Shown here piece after piece: positions 60,737 to 64,000 of a stretch of DNA of 64,000 bases. The translations under genes were made by a program, and so were the position numbers. The stretch's first letter is position 1, and each line of letters opens with the position of its first letter. Origin of the DNA: an uncultured Chloroflexia bacterium (GTDB lineage: Bacteria > Chloroflexota > Limnocylindria > QHBO01). Under the pieces are notes generated by a model. The model did no database searches and had not been told where the DNA came from. It worked only from the letters and a program-made list of their open reading frames with translations. The stretch lies in contig CAWGTN010000002.1 of assembly GCA_963825525.1 (NCBI GenBank), forward strand, positions 1,792,001 to 1,856,000. The letters run 5' to 3'.

Positions 60737-62461
60737 TCAGCGCTTGCGCAGCATTTCCGAAAGGCGCGCGCCCGTCGTGACGGCACCCTCCGAAGCCGAT
60801 GAGACGAGCGCCGCGTACTTCGCCAGCACGCCTCCGGGATATCGAGGTTCCGGTGCCGACCAGGCGGCCAGTCGTCGCGCCACCTCGTCGGCGTCGACCT
60901 CCAGGTCGAGCGGTCGAGCCTCGACGTCGATCGACACGGTGTCGCCCTCCTGGACGATGGCGATCGGCCCGCCCAGGGCAGCCTCCGGAGCCACGTGTCC
61001 GATCATCAGTCCGTGGGTTCCGCCGCTGAACCGCCCGTCGGTGAGCAGGGCCACGTCGCCGCCGAGGCCCTCGCCGACCAGCGCGGCGGTGACCGACAGC
61101 ATCTCCTGCATGCCGGGGCCGCCAACCGGCCCCTCGTAGCGGATGACGACGACATCGCCCGGGCCGATGCGCTGCGCGCGCACCGCGTCGTAGCAGTCCG
61201 CCTCCGAGTCGAAGACGCGCGCCGGACCGCGGAACTGCCGCATCTCGTGGCCGGCCAGCTTCACGACGCAGCCGTCGGGGGCCAGCGAGCCGCGCAGGAT
61301 GGCGAGGCCGCCCGTCGGCTTGATCGGGTGCTCGAAGGAGACCACAACCTCCTGGCCGATGGTCTCAACGGTCGCATCGGCGATCTCGGCCAGGGTCCTG
61401 CCGTCAACGTTGCGGGTCGAACCGTCCAGCCGATCACCCTTGAGCAGCTCGCGCGCGACGAGCCCGATGCCTCCAGCCTCGTGGATATCGAGCGCGGTGA
61501 ACCGCCCGCCGGGCATGAGCGAAGCAACGATCGGCGTCCGCTCGGCGATCCGGTCGAAGTCCTCCAGCTCCAGCGCAATCCCGAGCTCGTGGGCAATCCC
61601 GAGCAGATGGAGCACGCCGTTCGTCGAGCCACCGGTCGCCGCGACCGAGGCGATCGCGTTGTCGATGGCTGCACGCGTCATGATCGCGGACGGCCGAATG
61701 CCGTCGTTGACCAACTCCATCACCAGCTCCCCGCTGCGTCGCGCGGCATCCAGCTTCGCCGGATCGGTGGCCGGGATGCCGTTCAGGCCCCCCGGCGAGA
61801 TGCCCAGGAACTCGAGCGCGGTGCTCATCGTGTTGGCCGTGAACTGGCCGCCGCAGGCGCCGGGGCCGGGGCACGACAGGTCCTCGATCTCCCGCAGCTC
61901 CTCCAGCGAGATCTTCCCGGCCCGATAGGCCCCGATCGCCTCGAACACGGTCACCACCGTGGCGTCGCGCTTGCCGCGGATCACGCCCGGATTGATCGTG
62001 CCGCTGTAGAGCACGAGGCCCGGCAGGTCCAGGCGCGCCAGCGCCATTGCCGCTGCCGGGATCGTCTTGTCGCAGCCCACCACGCAGACGACACCGTCAA
62101 ACAGGTGACCGCGCGCCACGAGCTCGATCGAATCGGCGATCACCTCGCGGCTCACGAGCGAGGCCTTCATGCCCTCGGTGCCCATCGACACGCCATCGGA
62201 GACCGCGATCGTGTTGAACTCCATCGGCGTGCCGCCCGCCGCCCGGATGCCCTCCTTGACGTGCTCCGCCAGCTCGCGCTGGTTGTAGTTGCAGGGCATC
62301 GTCTCGATCCAGGTCGTGCCGACGCCGATGATCGGCTTCGACAGGTCCTCGTCGGTGAATCCGATGGCCTTGAGCATCGCGCGCGCGGCAGCGCGATCGG
62401 GGCCGTCGAGAAGCACGCGCGAGTGCTCGCGCGGGTCGTAGGGTGGGGCAGGCTCGGTCAT
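60737..62461 (-). CDS. ilvD: Dihydroxy-acid dehydratase
   Basis: [62 protein letters not shown]. Confidence 0.96.
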   Translation of the reverse strand: MTEPAPPYDPREHSRVLLDGPDRAAARAMLKAIGFTDEDLSKPIIGVGTTWIETMPCNYNQRELAEHVKEGIRAAGGTPMEFNTIAVSDGVSMGTEGMKASLVSREVIADSIELVARGHLFDGVVCVVGCDKTIPAAAMALARLDLPGLVLYSGTINPGVIRGKRDATVVTVFEAIGAYRAGKISLEELREIEDLSCPGPGACGGQFTANTMSTALEFLGISPGGLNGIPATDPAKLDAARRSGELVMELVNDGIRPSAIMTRAAIDNAIASVAATGGSTNGVLHLLGIAHELGIALELEDFDRIAERTPIVASLMPGGRFTALDIHEAGGIGLVARELLKGDRLDGSTRNVDGRTLAEIADATVETIGQEVVVSFEHPIKPTGGLAILRGSLAPDGCVVKLAGHEMRQFRGPARVFDSEADCYDAVRAQRIGPGDVVVIRYEGPVGGPGMQEMLSVTAALVGEGLGGDVALLTDGRFSGGTHGLMIGHVAPEAALGGPIAIVQEGDTVSIDVEARPLDLEVDADEVARRLAAWSAPEPRYPGGVLAKYAALVSSASEGAVTTGARLSEMLRKR

Positions 62462-62496
62462 GCGCCGGACTATAGGCGCTGTGTCGAGTGGCCCGC

Positions 62497-63075
62497 TCAG
62501 CTCCGTTTTGCCAGGAACTCGAGCACGCGGCCGATCATGAGCTCGGTGGCCGCGGGGTCATGCGAGGGCAGTGAGGCGTCCGACCACAGGTGCTGGTCGC
62601 CGGGGTAGACGAACAGCTCGGCCTCGTCCGTCGCATCGGTCAGCGCCCGCGCCGCGTCGAGGTCGCCCTCGCCGGCGAAGATCGGATCGGCGTCCATGCC
62701 ATGGACCTGGACCGGCACGCCATCGGGCCACCGCTCGCCGAACTCCTCGACCGGGATGCAGGAGTCGATCAGGATCGCGCCGCGCGCGCCCTCTCGCGTC
62801 TGAGCCAGCTGCTGCGCTGCCATCACTCCCATCGAGACGCCGATGTAGACGAGGTCCGGCGGCAACGCCTCGGCCGCTGCCACGCCGCGCTCGAGGATCG
62901 TCCCGAAGCCGATCGACTTGGCGTGGGCCATTCCCTCGTCGAGAGTGGGGAACGTTCGGCCATCGAAGAGGTCGGGCGTGTGGACGGTGTGCTGCTCACT
63001 GCGGAGCCGGTCGGCGAGCGCGGACATGCCCGGGGTGAGGCCCTGGACGTGGTGGAGCAGGATGACGTCGGCCAT
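62497..63075 (-). CDS. Dienelactone hydrolase family alpha/beta hydrolase
   Basis: HH..GLT.G, G.SMG nucleophile elbow, H...D, YPG..H. Confidence 0.85.
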   Translation of the reverse strand: MADVILLHHVQGLTPGMSALADRLRSEQHTVHTPDLFDGRTFPTLDEGMAHAKSIGFGTILERGVAAAEALPPDLVYIGVSMGVMAAQQLAQTREGARGAILIDSCIPVEEFGERWPDGVPVQVHGMDADPIFAGEGDLDAARALTDATDEAELFVYPGDQHLWSDASLPSHDPAATELMIGRVLEFLAKRS

Positions 63076-63100
63076 GGATCGAATATCTCCGTGCGAGTAT

Positions 63101-63120
63101 TGATCGGGATTTCCCGATCA
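63101..63120. promoter_or_regulatory. 9-2-9 inverted repeat, candidate ArsR-type operator
   Basis: TGATCGGGA-TT-TCCCGATCA between the divergent hydrolase and wHTH genes. Confidence 0.7.
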
Positions 63121-63145
63121 TTCGAGAATGCTAGTCTGATCCATC

Positions 63146-63731
63146 ATGGCTGACAAGTCGCCGGGTCCCGACTACCGCCTGCGAGACGAGCTCGTCCTTG
63201 CATCGGCGTCCCAGGTGCAAGCCATCGGCCATCCACTGCGGACCACGATCCTCGGACTCCTCCACGAACGTGCCGCCAGCGTGACCGAGGTGGCGACCGC
63301 GGTCGGGAAGCCGAGGAGCACCGTCGCGTACCACATGGACGTCCTGCACGAGGCGGGGCTGGTCCGCGTGGTGCGCACGCGTCGCGTTCGGGCCATCGAG
63401 GAGCGGTACTTCGGCCGCACGGCGCGCATGTTCTCGGTCGGCGTCGGTCGACGGGAGCGCGGCGAGCCACTGCCGCTCGACTTCAACGACCTTGATGTCG
63501 CGGCCGATGAATCGCAGTCGGCGTACCAGGCCCATCGGCTGTGGTCGTACATCCGCCACGCCCGGATCCCACCGGAGCGCGCGGCCGAGTTCTGGGCGCG
63601 AGCCGTCGAGCTGGTGAACGAGTTCGACCGCCTGCCCCGTTCGGGCAGCGACGGCGTATGGCTTCGTTCTGGGGATCTACCCGATCCCTGACTATCCGCT
63701 GCTTCCCGACCCGGAAGAGCCCGATTCCTGA
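63146..63731 (+). CDS. ArsR-like winged-helix transcriptional regulator (apparent +1 frameshift at about 63652)
   Basis: HPLR..IL.LL, A...G..RSTV.YH..VL..AGLV, ERYFGRTA; the corrected end is YGFVLGIYP...EPDS*. Confidence 0.85.
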
Positions 63732-63753
63732 CCTGGCTTCGCGCCGGGGAATG

Positions 63754-64000
63754 TCACGCGACCGCCGTGGGCTGCCCGATGTGTTCGGACCAGGTTTCCA
63801 GCGGCTCCGTCCGTCCGCGCAGCTCCAGGCGCCGCGACTCCAGGACGGAGGTATCGAGCCCGGCCGCGCTTGCTGCCCGGGCGCTGATGAGGATCTCGCC
63901 GCCGGCCGCTTCCGAGCCCAGCCTGCTGGCGACATTGACGGGATCGCCGAGCGCGGTGAAGTCGCGGACCTGGTCCGTCCCACCAACGAACCCGACCCAC
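63754..64000 (-). CDS. Class III adenylate/guanylate cyclase, C-terminal part (truncated by window; frame missing from the ORF track)
   Basis: Minus frame from 63999 reads WVGFVG..VRDFTALGDPVNVASRL..AAGGEILIS...LRGRTEP. Confidence 0.85.
   Translation of the reverse strand, partial: WVGFVGGTDQVRDFTALGDPVNVASRLGSEAAGGEILISARAASAAGLDTSVLESRRLELRGRTEPLETWSEHIGQPTAVA

Overview
High-GC (~70%) bacterial chromosomal segment, densely coding, with no integrase, transposase, phage or CRISPR signal. Chloroflexota or Actinomycetota is a guess from composition and gene style only. In order, it holds: pxpBC; small housekeeping genes; tRNA-Gln(CTG); a His-rich repeat lipoprotein plus cupredoxin pair; a ROK-regulated sugar uptake and catabolism locus; a 12-gene LacI-regulated catabolic operon (GMC oxidoreductase to creatininase); alr; an SDR/MBL/PHP trio; a xanthine-dehydrogenase-family trio co-transcribed with a PpsA-like phospho-His protein, divergent from a truncated PPDK-like gene; a phosphotriesterase-family operon; and an ilvBN-ilvC-leuA-leuB-cimA-ilvE operon followed by ilvD. 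About 16 apparent +1 frameshifts, all single-base insertions, interrupt otherwise intact genes. They are most likely long-read consensus errors, and several ORF-track fusions are artefacts of them. Best leads: (1) a split dikinase-type phosphotransfer system linked to a molybdenum hydroxylase; (2) a stand-alone LeuA allosteric-domain protein ending the ilv-leu operon; (3) a leaderless Ile/Leu/Val-rich leader peptide with terminator and antiterminator, absent from the ORF track; (4) a dispersed ~130-bp palindromic element family; (5) a putative copper-handling lipoprotein pair.
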